From: a virus
Lineage: Duplodnaviria; Caudoviricetes
IMG/VR virus record: IMGVR_UViG_3300032240_001498
Span: 32,001-96,000 of that record
Direction: 5' to 3' (one strand)
Length of the DNA stretch: 64,000 nt
The translations under genes and the position numbers were made by a program. Below, piece by piece: positions 39,601 to 49,900 of the stretch (positions within the stretch are counted from its first letter, which is position 1; each line of letters opens with the position of its first letter). The notes beneath the pieces are model-generated. The model did not search any database and was not told the DNA's origin. It saw only the letters and a list, made by a program, of their open reading frames with translations.

Positions 39601-42600
39601 TTCCTGCTGTTAGGCTTAGTACACCAGTATTGACGATTGATACTGTGCCTGTGCTGGTTGAAATGCTAATACCAGGACCTGCTTCTTGTTTTGTTACCCC
39701 AACGTTGCTGATCGTAACATCACCAGTTGCTCTGTCAATGTTAATACCTGTGCCAGCATTTGCTGTAAGAACACCAGTATTGTTAATTGTAATAGTAGCA
39801 GTAGTTCCGCCAGATATATCAGGACTTGAAGAAATACCAGGACCGTCAACAATATTAACAAATGTGACAACACGGTTGCCGTTATCAAATACCTGCGGAG
39901 CATTTAATGGACCACTGGCTTGGATAGCACCTGCAATACCAATACCACCTGCAACGCTTAGTGCGTTGTTTAGATAGTTTGTTGCGCTTGATGCTGTACT
40001 ACCGATGTGTACTTTACCGTTATTGACCCATACTGCGTAGGAATCTGCAATGCTCGTAGTTGCTGTTGTCTTAACTTTAGGAGCGTCTTCAATAAAGATT
40101 GTGTTTGCCTGTGCGTATGCAGAGCCGTATTTTGAATTAATAATTGGCTGGCCAACATACACATTGTTTGTGTTTGTAAACGAACCAGATGCTTGATTGT
40201 CTGTATAGACAGCACTGGCTAAGTTAACAGCAATACCAGTCTGTCCCCAGTTAGCAGTTGTAATATCACCTTCGCGGTAAATTGTTCCACCAACGTGTAG
40301 ATCTTGTGCAATACCAACACCACCAATAGTTACGATTGCACCGCTATCTGTTGAGAAAGAGTTAACACCAGAGTTGACTGTTAGGCCAGTTGTGTTTAGT
40401 GTAGAAGTAGTGTATCCAATTTGCAATGGATAAATGATCGTACCACCGTTGAAGCCTGTTGGACTTGATGTAGTCAATACTGCCGCACCGTTAACAAACA
40501 AGTTACTAACGTTAGCAGTTCCGCCTACCCATAATGCACCACCAATACCTACGCCGCCTGCAACTCGTAATGCACCAGTCGTTGTGCTGATTGCAGTAGT
40601 TGTATTGTTAACAAATAACGGATCGCTAATTATACCGCCGTTAAAGTTTGCTAATTGTGTTAGGCCTGCATCTGTATAAATGTTGTGTGCATAGATGTCA
40701 CCGTTGAATCCTGCGCCACCTGCAACAACTAACGCACCTGTACCAGTACTGTTACTTGCTGTACCATTTGTGATACGCATTGGACCAGCACTAAAGATTG
40801 ATCCGCCAACTCCTAAGCCGCCTGAAAGTACGACTGCGCCAGATGCTGGGTCTGTCGATGCTTGAGGATTTGAAAACTTAACTTGTCCTGCAAAGTAACT
40901 TGCGCCCGCAACACCAATACCACCACTCGATACTACTAATGCATGATTTAATGTTTGTGTTGTGTTGGCTAATGGGCTACCTAATGTTAATGTTCCACCA
41001 AAATAACTTCCGCCAGTAACACCAATACCACCTAATACCTGTAGATCGCCTGTGTTTGTGCTTAGTGCAACTGCACCACCACTTAATCTTAAGCCACCAA
41101 ATTGAGCTGTACCAAAGCTACCAGTGTTTGCAAACTGGGCTGGAAAGTTTTCATAGCCGCCTGGATAAATGTTGACCTTATAAGTCAAGAATCCTGTAGT
41201 TACATCTCGTCCAATAAATGCATGATTGTCAAATTGAGGGCCGTTGCCTGTGCTGTAGTGAAGCAACATACCACGATCATATCCGTCGTTGACCAACAGA
41301 GGTGTATTATCAACACCGGTACCAATATCAATTACAGGATCAATAATGTAAGTGTTCTGTGAATCAACGATTGTTTGTGTACCAGCTACAGTTAGGTTAC
41401 CATACAAGACGGTGTTACCATAAACACTTAGGTCTTTCTTAACAGCCTGACCACCTTCGACATAAATTGCGTTGTTGTTAAATGTAGTTACATCACTTGC
41501 TGTGCTGGTAATGTGCAAGGCAACAAATGTTGCTGTAAATGATTTATTGAATGTTAGTTGGCCGCCTAGATCTAAGTTTCCGCCAACTACAACATCTTTG
41601 GCAACACCTACACCACCGTCAACAACTAGGGCACCTGTTTGTGTGCTTACTGAAGTTTGTGTTCCAAGAATATGAACTTGTGCCGCATTAATAGTACCGC
41701 TGGCGTTTGTGAATACTAGACTTCCGCCTAATACTAGATCTTGTCCAATACCAACACCACCAGTTACTGTAAAAGCACCTGTTGTTGTACTGGTTGAATT
41801 TGTTGTTGATGTAACTGCTAGGGTGCTAACTTTTAAGTTGCCAGCCGCACCACTGAATATTAGTTGTCCGCCTAGAGTTAAGTTTCCGCCCACGCCTACA
41901 CCACCGACTACAGTTAATGCGCCAGTTGTAGTGCTTGTAGACTGTGAGCTAGATGTGACTGATAGCGTACTTAAAGATAAGTTTGTGCCCGAACCTTGGA
42001 ATATTAACTTACCGCCTAACACTAGGTCTTGTGCAATACCAACACCGCCACTTACAACAAGTCCGCCTGTTGTAGTCGATGTTGAATTTGTACTTGTAGT
42101 GAATAGTACTTGTCCTTTTGCACGGAAATTATTAACAACAAACTCGTCTGCGAGTCCGCTGAATATTAACTGACCACCTAAAACTAGGTTACCGCCAATG
42201 CCGACTCCGCCTGCAATTTGCACAGCACCTGTTGTTGTGCTGGTAGACTGTGCTGTTGATGTTACTAATAATTGATTATTAGCTGTTAGATTTACAAAGG
42301 TACCATTCTTAGCAATGCTGTTACCAATGTCCATGTTATTAATGGTGCCTTTGGTAGCTGGATTAATCGTAACTGTGCCAATTCCAGTTGGTTGGATAGA
42401 TACTGTTGCATCAGCTGGATTGATATTTGCTTGGCTGTTTACATTCAAACTGCCTTGAATGTTTGTAGCACCGCCAACAAATAGACTCTTTTGGATGCCA
42501 ACGCCGCCAGTTACTATCACTGCACCGTTGTTGGTTGCTGTAGAATCAGTTGCATTAGTAAACGTTGCTGTGTTTATTGCAGTTAGGTTTGTAAATTTAC

Positions 42601-43558
42601 CAGTAGATGGCAAATATTGGCCAATAGTTGAATTTTCTAAATATTTGTTGTAGACAGTTTGATAAGAAGTACTATCAACGATCTCATACCAGTTGATTGG
42701 ATCAACCCCAACTACCTGCGTAGCCAAGAATGATGTATAAAATAGTCTACCTTCATATGTACCACCAACGATAGGAACAACAATATGTTTTATTCCACCA
42801 GTTGTGTATGCATCTGTTGATCTTGAAAGTGTTACAGCGTTTGTTAGGCCTTTGCTTGACGCTGTAGAAACTGCACCAGTAATATTTCCCAATGCAGGAT
42901 TGCTCATTAAGAATGTTGAGCTGTCTAATATTTGAACAATCTTTGTGTTAAGACCAATAAACAAACTGGTAAGTGTACTACCTGCAACTAGATTGTTTGC
43001 ATCACCTACGTTATAAGTTGTAGCTGTGTAACTATTTTGAGTATAGTTTACCTGTGTGGTAACAACATTAGTAGCAAACGTTGATGTATAAACATAATAG
43101 ATACCATTGTCTCTTGGGTCATCTTGTGCTCTAACCAATAAACGGTCTAAATAATCTACATGATATCCGTCATATACTACTGTTGATGTTGATTGGTTAA
43201 GTAAAACGTTTCCAGTTGTAGCACGTTTTGCTTCAGTTTTGAAACCACTACCTTGAATACCTTGAGGAATATTAACAGGACCATTAAGTGTAATTGTACC
43301 TGTGCCGCTTGGATTAAGAGTTAAGTCGCCAGTTGGTGCCTGCGATGTGATAGTACCAGTGCTAAACGCAATTTGACCAAGTGTATTTGTGTATGTTGCC
43401 TGACCGTTAGGGCCAATTACTAAGGTGTAACCAGTGTTTGTTGTAGGTGAGGAACCCAAACCAGCCTGTGCTTGGCCTAGACTGATATAGTTGTTGATTA
43501 CCGTGTAATTAGTGCCTGGACTAATTAATTTTACACGACCGCTTAGTAATGATGGCAT
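36671..43558 (-). CDS. 2295-aa tail fibre/virion structural protein
   Basis: Same GAL.V.GG.G repeats and AG.GI.I...TG.VTI.N.GV repeats as the 4537-aa protein. The C-terminal LDTF...YQSAKYFIQ...ELIVYHD...EYG domain is typical of T4-like virion proteins. Confidence 0.85.
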   Translation of the reverse strand: MPSLLSGRVKLISPGTNYTVINNYISLGQAQAGLGSSPTTNTGYTLVIGPNGQATYTNTLGQIAFSTGTITSQAPTGDLTLNPSGTGTITLNGPVNIPQGIQGSGFKTEAKRATTGNVLLNQSTSTVVYDGYHVDYLDRLLVRAQDDPRDNGIYYVYTSTFATNVVTTQVNYTQNSYTATTYNVGDANNLVAGSTLTSLFIGLNTKIVQILDSSTFLMSNPALGNITGAVSTASSKGLTNAVTLSRSTDAYTTGGIKHIVVPIVGGTYEGRLFYTSFLATQVVGVDPINWYEIVDSTSYQTVYNKYLENSTIGQYLPSTGKFTNLTAINTATFTNATDSTATNNGAVIVTGGVGIQKSLFVGGATNIQGSLNVNSQANINPADATVSIQPTGIGTVTINPATKGTINNMDIGNSIAKNGTFVNLTANNQLLVTSTAQSTSTTTGAVQIAGGVGIGGNLVLGGQLIFSGLADEFVVNNFRAKGQVLFTTSTNSTSTTTGGLVVSGGVGIAQDLVLGGKLIFQGSGTNLSLSTLSVTSSSQSTSTTTGALTVVGGVGVGGNLTLGGQLIFSGAAGNLKVSTLAVTSTTNSTSTTTGAFTVTGGVGIGQDLVLGGSLVFTNASGTINAAQVHILGTQTSVSTQTGALVVDGGVGVAKDVVVGGNLDLGGQLTFNKSFTATFVALHITSTASDVTTFNNNAIYVEGGQAVKKDLSVYGNTVLYGNLTVAGTQTIVDSQNTYIIDPVIDIGTGVDNTPLLVNDGYDRGMLLHYSTGNGPQFDNHAFIGRDVTTGFLTYKVNIYPGGYENFPAQFANTGSFGTAQFGGLRLSGGAVALSTNTGDLQVLGGIGVTGGSYFGGTLTLGSPLANTTQTLNHALVVSSGGIGVAGASYFAGQVKFSNPQASTDPASGAVVLSGGLGVGGSIFSAGPMRITNGTASNSTGTGALVVAGGAGFNGDIYAHNIYTDAGLTQLANFNGGIISDPLFVNNTTTAISTTTGALRVAGGVGIGGALWVGGTANVSNLFVNGAAVLTTSSPTGFNGGTIIYPLQIGYTTSTLNTTGLTVNSGVNSFSTDSGAIVTIGGVGIAQDLHVGGTIYREGDITTANWGQTGIAVNLASAVYTDNQASGSFTNTNNVYVGQPIINSKYGSAYAQANTIFIEDAPKVKTTATTSIADSYAVWVNNGKVHIGSTASSATNYLNNALSVAGGIGIAGAIQASGPLNAPQVFDNGNRVVTFVNIVDGPGISSSPDISGGTTATITINNTGVLTANAGTGINIDRATGDVTISNVGVTKQEAGPGISISTSTGTVSIVNTGVLSLTAGTDTAVSFTTGNITVYSTATLASVTSRGATTTSTIRLTNTQTGLVVGGDAVFSGTVAVTGTLNIGGASISGGNATFTSLQAGDTLITGSLTVNGTSTFVNSQQLSIEDPVIDIGTGPNNTPLQTNDGKDRGLLIHYNTSSTTAYDNHAFLGRDAVSGKLTYKTNIYPGGNENVPNPYTYTGTVAGAVFSDLSLLGGIASTSPTTGDLQVAGGIGIGGASYLAGQTRFGSRLNANATATGAVIVDGGQSVSKDLYVGGNVIVRGFVLTTATAYNGGEVFNPVIVTNGTSATNTLTGALIVHDGGAGIGGDVWIGGALNAKSVLVDGKAITTDIHLVTGPGLVGAVTTSSGGVTITMTNTGILNLDAGPGISLANTGTSGVTTITNTGVLSISINGLGLKASTSTGSVVLTNIGVTAATAGSGISVNQSTGSIIITNVGVQSIGTIGGGITVTTSTGSVFLLNSGVTSLTAGTDTTVTASSGDITIWDSSTLQSVTGRGNITTHDIIIDSTTPTSNTASGALAVTGGVAVGQNLYAGGQIYAIGGYLGLNPPAIFINNTNVTVVDNANEHKVYVAINGTTTTTFDIVGEHILSTTQSTSTTTGALIVDGGVGLAKNIYVGGSATVANTLTVLSTSTMGSILPQPGGYYNLGSPTQRWGTLYINSATIDMGGLTLTSVNSVLQLPATNVYGTATSTSTITGALTLQGGLGLTGDIFARNSINGGDVTSTGTIYRSGNITKSSIGTQGFALDIANATYTDAGSNGTVAQTAISHFHGSTISATGGTVSYTNAASVYISSAPVAGNGNTTLNNSWALQINSGKTKLNDSSVANSTQSGALQVVGGVGIGGDLYVQNTLNVIGTTANIGNSEIFTFTSPALSTSNKINLDTFAVASYQSAKYFIQVVDNTAIGLANKMYVTELIVYHDSIGGVYISEYGMASNYGDLGTFDAVISGLNVQLTWQPNYTPTSMVVKVHRTTLSR

Positions 43559-43570
43559 CGTTAATTCCTA

Positions 43571-43957
43571 TTATGCGTTAGCTGTTTCTAAGATACTTAG
43601 AGTTAATTTTAATGAGTTGGTAGTATCAGCATACGCAACAACACTATCTAAACTTTCAATAATCATTTTACCTGGCAACATGTTTGACGCATCTTGCGGA
43701 GGAATTTGAAATCCTGAAACAATTTCTGTGGTAACGTTTGCCGCTTGCCCTCCGTTGCCCTGGGCATCAGGTAGGACCGGAAGATTCCTATGATGTGCAA
43801 AAGTTACAGCCGCTGTTGTTGCTGTTGATACGTTAGATACGTTTGCCATCAATACGATTGATGTAACTCCAACGGGTGCTGTGTAAACAAATGTATTTGT
43901 TTGTGTAGTCAAAACAAAAGTTTTTGTCTTGAATACGTTTAATGGAATTAATGCCAT
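43571..43957 (-). CDS. Small virion-associated protein, paralogue of 53644..53973
   Basis: YTAPVGVTSIVLMANVSN...IPPQDA...KMIIESLDSV aligns by eye with YQSSGQNAITTMVICN...VPATET...KFILEDQDSI. Confidence 0.65.
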   Translation of the reverse strand: MALIPLNVFKTKTFVLTTQTNTFVYTAPVGVTSIVLMANVSNVSTATTAAVTFAHHRNLPVLPDAQGNGGQAANVTTEIVSGFQIPPQDASNMLPGKMIIESLDSVVAYADTTNSLKLTLSILETANA

Positions 43958-43969
43958 GTTATATTATCC

Positions 43970-46900
43970 TTATATTCCTTCAATTGCCAAGATGAACGGT
44001 GTCAAGTTAGCAAACAATGACTTAGTAAATGTACGTCCTGATAACACACCAGTTGCCTGGCTAATTACCAATCCTGGGCCAATACGGAAGTCACCGTTTT
44101 GGTCTGTTGATGTAAAGAACACCTTACCGTTATTCAACTGTATGGTTTCTCTTTCTTGTATCGGATCTGCTCGCCCTATCTGTGGCAATGCACCATAGTT
44201 AGAACCAGCACCAACATACTCAAACAAGTAGCCAGAAGCTGACATGTAAGAACGTTGATAGAAATTCAACAATGCCTTGTCTGGGAACAGAGCGGCATCT
44301 GTAATATTATCTTCTAATTCAACATAGTGATGTGTTCCTGCACGAGCATAGTAACTTTGACCAGCTAATACAGTATTATAATTGCCACCGCTTTCTAAAT
44401 CGGCTGCAACAGCGTCAAGGATGTATCCAACGTCACGCTTACATAGAGCTTGATTATATTCAAATCCATTGTACTTTCCATCAATGTATGTAATTACCTG
44501 ATTTATTAGAGCAGTCTTTTGCGATTGAATAATGTTGTATATTCCTCGCAGGACAGGAGTGGCCTGTGACACGCTTGGATATACAATAGCAGGAGCATAG
44601 CCTAGACCGTTTTGGATTATTCTAGTCAATATGCCAATTAGGTTAGTTAAGCCAGGCAGAGCATTTGCTCCATTGGTTATTGAACCATTGGTAAACTGAC
44701 TGTAGGTTGCTTGGAAGCTGTTTGCAGGATTTTGATTTTGAATAATCTGTCCCAGCAAATACAGCATGCGATTCCATGCACCAATGGTCTGTGTTTGTTC
44801 ATTTGGAATCAACGATGTTGCTCCGTTCCAATACAATTTTCCAGAGTCAACAGTCTGCCAGTTTCCTCCGTAGGTCAAGTCATATATTAGAGCCTGTAAT
44901 ACATAACCTATATCTCTACGACACTTGGCTTGGTCGTATGTAAACACATCAAAATTTTGACCAATGTAAGTAATAGCCTGGCTTGCGATTGCATTTGCAT
45001 TTGCGTTAATTGCAACGCCAGCCGCAAGTGTTGTTGCATTTACCCAACTTATGTCTGGCGTTGTAATAATAGGAGCCGATCTAGGTCCACTACCAACAAT
45101 GTTACTCATTTCTGTAATTAGCAATGCCACTGTAGCACTTGCATTTGCTCCGTTGATGTAAGAACCGTTCTTATATTGAGCGACAATATTGCTGGTCTGA
45201 TAAGACACTAACGGAGACAAGTTAATTATAATGCGTTGGCAAATTGTGTTAATATAGTTAATGGCCGCAACAGTCTGTGTTTCTTCATTTGGAATAGTGC
45301 TGACATTATTGTTCGCACTATCAAAATATTGCAGGGCCGCATCAACACTCATAGAGTTTCCACCATAAGTGATATCATAGATAAGCGCCTGCATTAGATA
45401 ACCAACATCACGTTTGCATTTTGTACGATCATATACAAAGCCGCCTGCTGTATAAGTTGTGTATACATAGGCTTCTACTTCTGCTTGAATAAATGCAATA
45501 TTATTTTGCAATAATAAACTTGCACTATCAAATCCAGACGCAATATTTGAAGGTAGTGTATAGGTCACAGTCGGTGATACGCTTACTCCATTTTGCAATA
45601 TGTTATTGATTGTTGCAATATCAGTATTCAAGGCAGTTGTTGCTACAGGACTTGCTACCACTGCTGGCAATAATAATGCACTCGATTTAATAAAATTAAA
45701 TGCCGCAATCGTTGCAGATTTTTCATAGGTTAATACATTACCTGCATTGCCAAGATAATATGCTTGACCAGCTTTTACTGCACGATAGTTTGTGCCTAAC
45801 AAGGTATCCCAGTGTACAGCATCTAAAATGTAACCCATATCTCTCTTACACTTAACTGAGTCATATGTAAACACTGGATATGTGTAGTTGATCCATCCAA
45901 TTAATTCTTCTGTGATAAAAGATATGTTATTATTAATTAAACTGATGGCTCCGACAATGCTTGAATCCAATCCTGCAGGAGCTGGCATAGAGTATGCAGG
46001 ACCCGCGCCGTCTCCAGCATTAATAATATTTTGAATATAGATAGAGTCTAAGTTAATAACACTAATAGCAGATGTAACTGTGCTAATACCAGCTAACTGG
46101 TTAGTGATTGCACCTAGTTTGCTAATTGCATCTGTAGTCTGTGCCTTTTCGTTTTCTAAAACGTACTTGCTACCTGCAACATTTCTATTGTATGCTTGTC
46201 CAGATTTAATAGCTTGATAATTAGACTGGAAGGCTACATCGTATGCAAAACTATCTAGAATATATCCTAGGTCACGTTTGCAGACAGCATGATCGTAAAC
46301 AAAATACAAACTATTAATATATTCTACAATTTCAGTTTGCAAGAACAGTTTGTTTGATCTTAGCAATGAAGATGAATCTTTTGCACCCGGTGCTACTATT
46401 CCTGTTTTTGCAATCGTAGGAACTGCGCTTGGGCCAGTGTTGATTATATTTTCTAAAGTTGTAAACAGTTGTCCCATTCTTACAGTTGATTGTCCGCCTG
46501 TTGCTAGGGCAATATTTGTAAATTGTGTTATAGTTGACTGAAATGCATTGATTAACTTGTTAGATACAATGCTGTTTGTTAGAGAATTTAGATAGGTGAT
46601 CGCTTGAATCTCTTCAATCGTTTGATCATTTCCTTGCTCAGTTGCACTTGCTCCAATTAGTTTTGTGCCCGGAGTAATAGGATCAGGCGCTAATGTACTT
46701 CCTCTAATAGTGTAATAGGCATTGCCTGTAACATACATGGTAAAGAAATTAACGTTAGCTGGATCGCCGCCACCTGCGTTAATAGGCTGACTAAGTGATA
46801 TCTCTTTGAAGTTAACATCAGTAATAGTTGTACCTGTACTAATATATAGATTACCAAATAAATCTCTATAGCTACCAAATTGGTCACGTGCATATAGGCT

Positions 46901-49900
46901 TTGTCCAATAACAATACCAGTTGTGTCAATACCGCTAATACTAATACTGCCAGTAGTCAGTGTACCAGTGTTAACGATTGCTGATAAGAATCCTGGAAGA
47001 CCCTGTGCATTTCTATAAGTTTCAGGAACTTCGACTTCCATAACTTGACCAATGTGTGGTCTGTCTGCAGGATCTGGACAATACACTTCGACTCGTTGGT
47101 TCTGTGGGAAGAATCCGTTTGGATAGTAAGGTAGTACTGGTGGGTTAGTAACTTCGCCAAAGAAACTACGCTTGCCGTAGCCCTTAGATACTAGACAGTA
47201 GTCACCAAAGTTGGCGTTTGAGTTAGTGATAGAACAAATACCGCCGTTCTCTACCAGTACAGAAGTACCGCAGAAAATCGTAAACACAGACACCAGCTGT
47301 GCATAGCCGTTGTTTGTAATATGGATGCCGATACCACCTTGGTTAACTTGCGTAAACGCATCATAAACGAAAGATTGAATTGGTGAACGATCACTAATCA
47401 CACCACCATCTACTAATGAGCCACCAATAGATCCCCACGGATCAACTTTTCGATCGGAATATATATCTGGTACGTCTTTGTCTTGTAAAGGATAAACTGA
47501 TGTTTGACCAAAGTATATGGTCTGGTTGATACCAGGACCTTGAGTTGGAACATCCAATGTAATTCGATATTGTTTAGAACCTAAGCTATCAGCTTGTAGA
47601 ACTGTTGAAGCAACTTGCGTGTAGTCGGCTGATGTTGGACTTAGTGCAGAAAATGCACCTGCACCTTCATATCCAATTGGACTAAATGCAGGACCTTTAG
47701 TAACAATAGTTGTAAATGTATCTATCAATCTATTGATATTGTCAATGGCATAGATACCGCCACCAAAGTATGTGTTAATAGTTTGAGGAGCATTTCCTAA
47801 TGCTGTCACTGTTTGATTTTGTACAATCTGCAATGATAGAGATTTAAGATAAGTCAGTGCGGCATTGAATTGAGGAAGCTGATCGTAGACAACATTAACG
47901 CCGCCCGTCCAATAACTTTCACCTGCTTCTATAATTTTTCTATTGCCACCCACTAATAAATCTTGACTGATCGCATCAATAATTAATCCTGTATCGCGGT
48001 AGCATTTTTCTTGATCATAGTTAAAGCCTTTGTTGCCTTGATAGTTAGGGAATGAACTGTTAACATAGGCAATAATTTCGTCTCTGATAAACTGTTTATT
48101 CAATGTCAATAGCGTTTGGGCATTGATAATATTTTGATCTGTATTACGAGTTAGGCTAACTGGCATTTTTTCACCCACAACCGATGGTCCGTTGTTGATG
48201 ATATCTAATAACAATCTAACCATTGCGTCTAATGCAGATGCTGTTTCGATCACTGCCGGAGAACTGTTAAATTGTTGAGGTGTTAGATTGCCTTGGCTAA
48301 CCTGTATTGGAGAGTTGGTGATAATATCTCCAAGGATTTCACCTAGCCGTAGATAAGCCGCAAGTGTCTGCTGATTTTCTCCAGGAATAGCCGATGGTCC
48401 GCTGAACGAATAGTAATAGACTCCACTGGTAATAGCTTGTCTGTTTCCGCCCCATAGTAAATCAAAGCAAACAGAATCAATCATGTAGCCTACGTCGCGA
48501 GCACATTTGGTTTTGTCGTATACAAAACCAGATGTCTTGGTTGTTTCAACAAACGCAATTGCCTCAGCTTGGAAATATGCCTTGTTGGTTTGCAAGATAT
48601 TGTAGGCGTTTTGAGCATTGGCGGAAACTATGGCCAAACCGTTTGGAACAACCTTGTCCGATATGCCAACTGTGCCTGTAGTTAAAATGTCAGTGATTAT
48701 TTTAAACTCAGTGTCTAAGACACTGGCTTCAGATAGTGTAGCAGATGGTAAATTTATTATTTGAGTAATAGTATTTTGATAACGAACACCTACTGTATTA
48801 ACAACGGCTTCTTTAGTCATTGTTTTTACAAAATTTATTGCGTTAGTGGTAGTAGTTAATTCGGTGCCAATTATACCTGTGTAGCCAGATTGGTTCCAAT
48901 ATTGTAGTCCAGCGAATGTGGTATTGGTATAGCCGTTGGCGGACCATCCCAGGTCAGTTATAAATCCGTCAACCAATAGGCCTGTATCACGTGAGCACTT
49001 GGCTTGATTATATTGGAAGCCGCCACCGTTATAAGTATTTTGAGTAAACTGCACCAATTCATTTGCAATAAAATCTCTATTGGCTTCTAACAATGCATAG
49101 GCACGTTTAACGTTTTCATTAGTACTTGGTGTTAGACTAATCGGAGTCAGTGTCGAAGCCACACTCGGACCGTTAGTAATGATATTTGATATTTTTGCAA
49201 TCTTAGCTCTGGCTAAAGTTACTTCTGTACTGGTAGCTGGTGGAAGATCAATTACCTGATCAATCAAATTATTAAGACTACGGCCTACAGGAGTGGCAGT
49301 GATAATTCCCGAAACAATATCACTTAAACGAGTGTATGCGGCTATAGTTGCTGTGGTCTCTGCAGGAGTTTGTACAGATGATACTGCACTAAAACTATAA
49401 TAGTCAACACCTGACATGATACTCTGGCGGTTGCCCCCGTATAAGCAGTCAAAACTTATACTATCGACCATGTAGCCTACATCACGTGAGCACTTGGCTT
49501 GATCGTAAACAAAGCCGGCTGTCTTTGTTGATTCAACAAACGCAACAACTTCTGCTTGCATGTAGCCTTTGTTATTTTGTAACTGAGTATAGGCATGAAC
49601 TATTCTAGGATCGTTAGTTGCTGATCCGCTTGGTACTATCTTGTCAGTGACTCCAACTGTACCATTGTTTATGATATCTAAGATTAAACTAAAATTTTCA
49701 CCGATAGACGCGGCAACTTCAGCTGTACTAGGAGCAACTGATGTATTTTGTGTTGATACTGATTGATAGCGAGGACCAGACACATCATTTAAAATAATCT
49801 TTTGAGCCAGACTGCTTAGATAAGAAATAGAATTAGTTGTTGTAGTTAATTCACTTGCAATTGACCCTGTATAGCTACTCTGTGACCAATATTGTAGTCC

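Noticed and set aside
23316-42653. Many 60-154 aa plus-strand ORFs opposite the giant fibre genes
   Set aside because: These are antisense shadows of Thr/Gly/Val/Asn-rich repeat coding sequence. They have no SD or promoter and no recognisable motifs.
19779-43558. Diversity-generating retroelement or invertase shufflon acting on the fibres
   Set aside because: I found no reverse transcriptase, recombinase, adenine-specific template/variable repeat pair or inverted crossover sites in the window.
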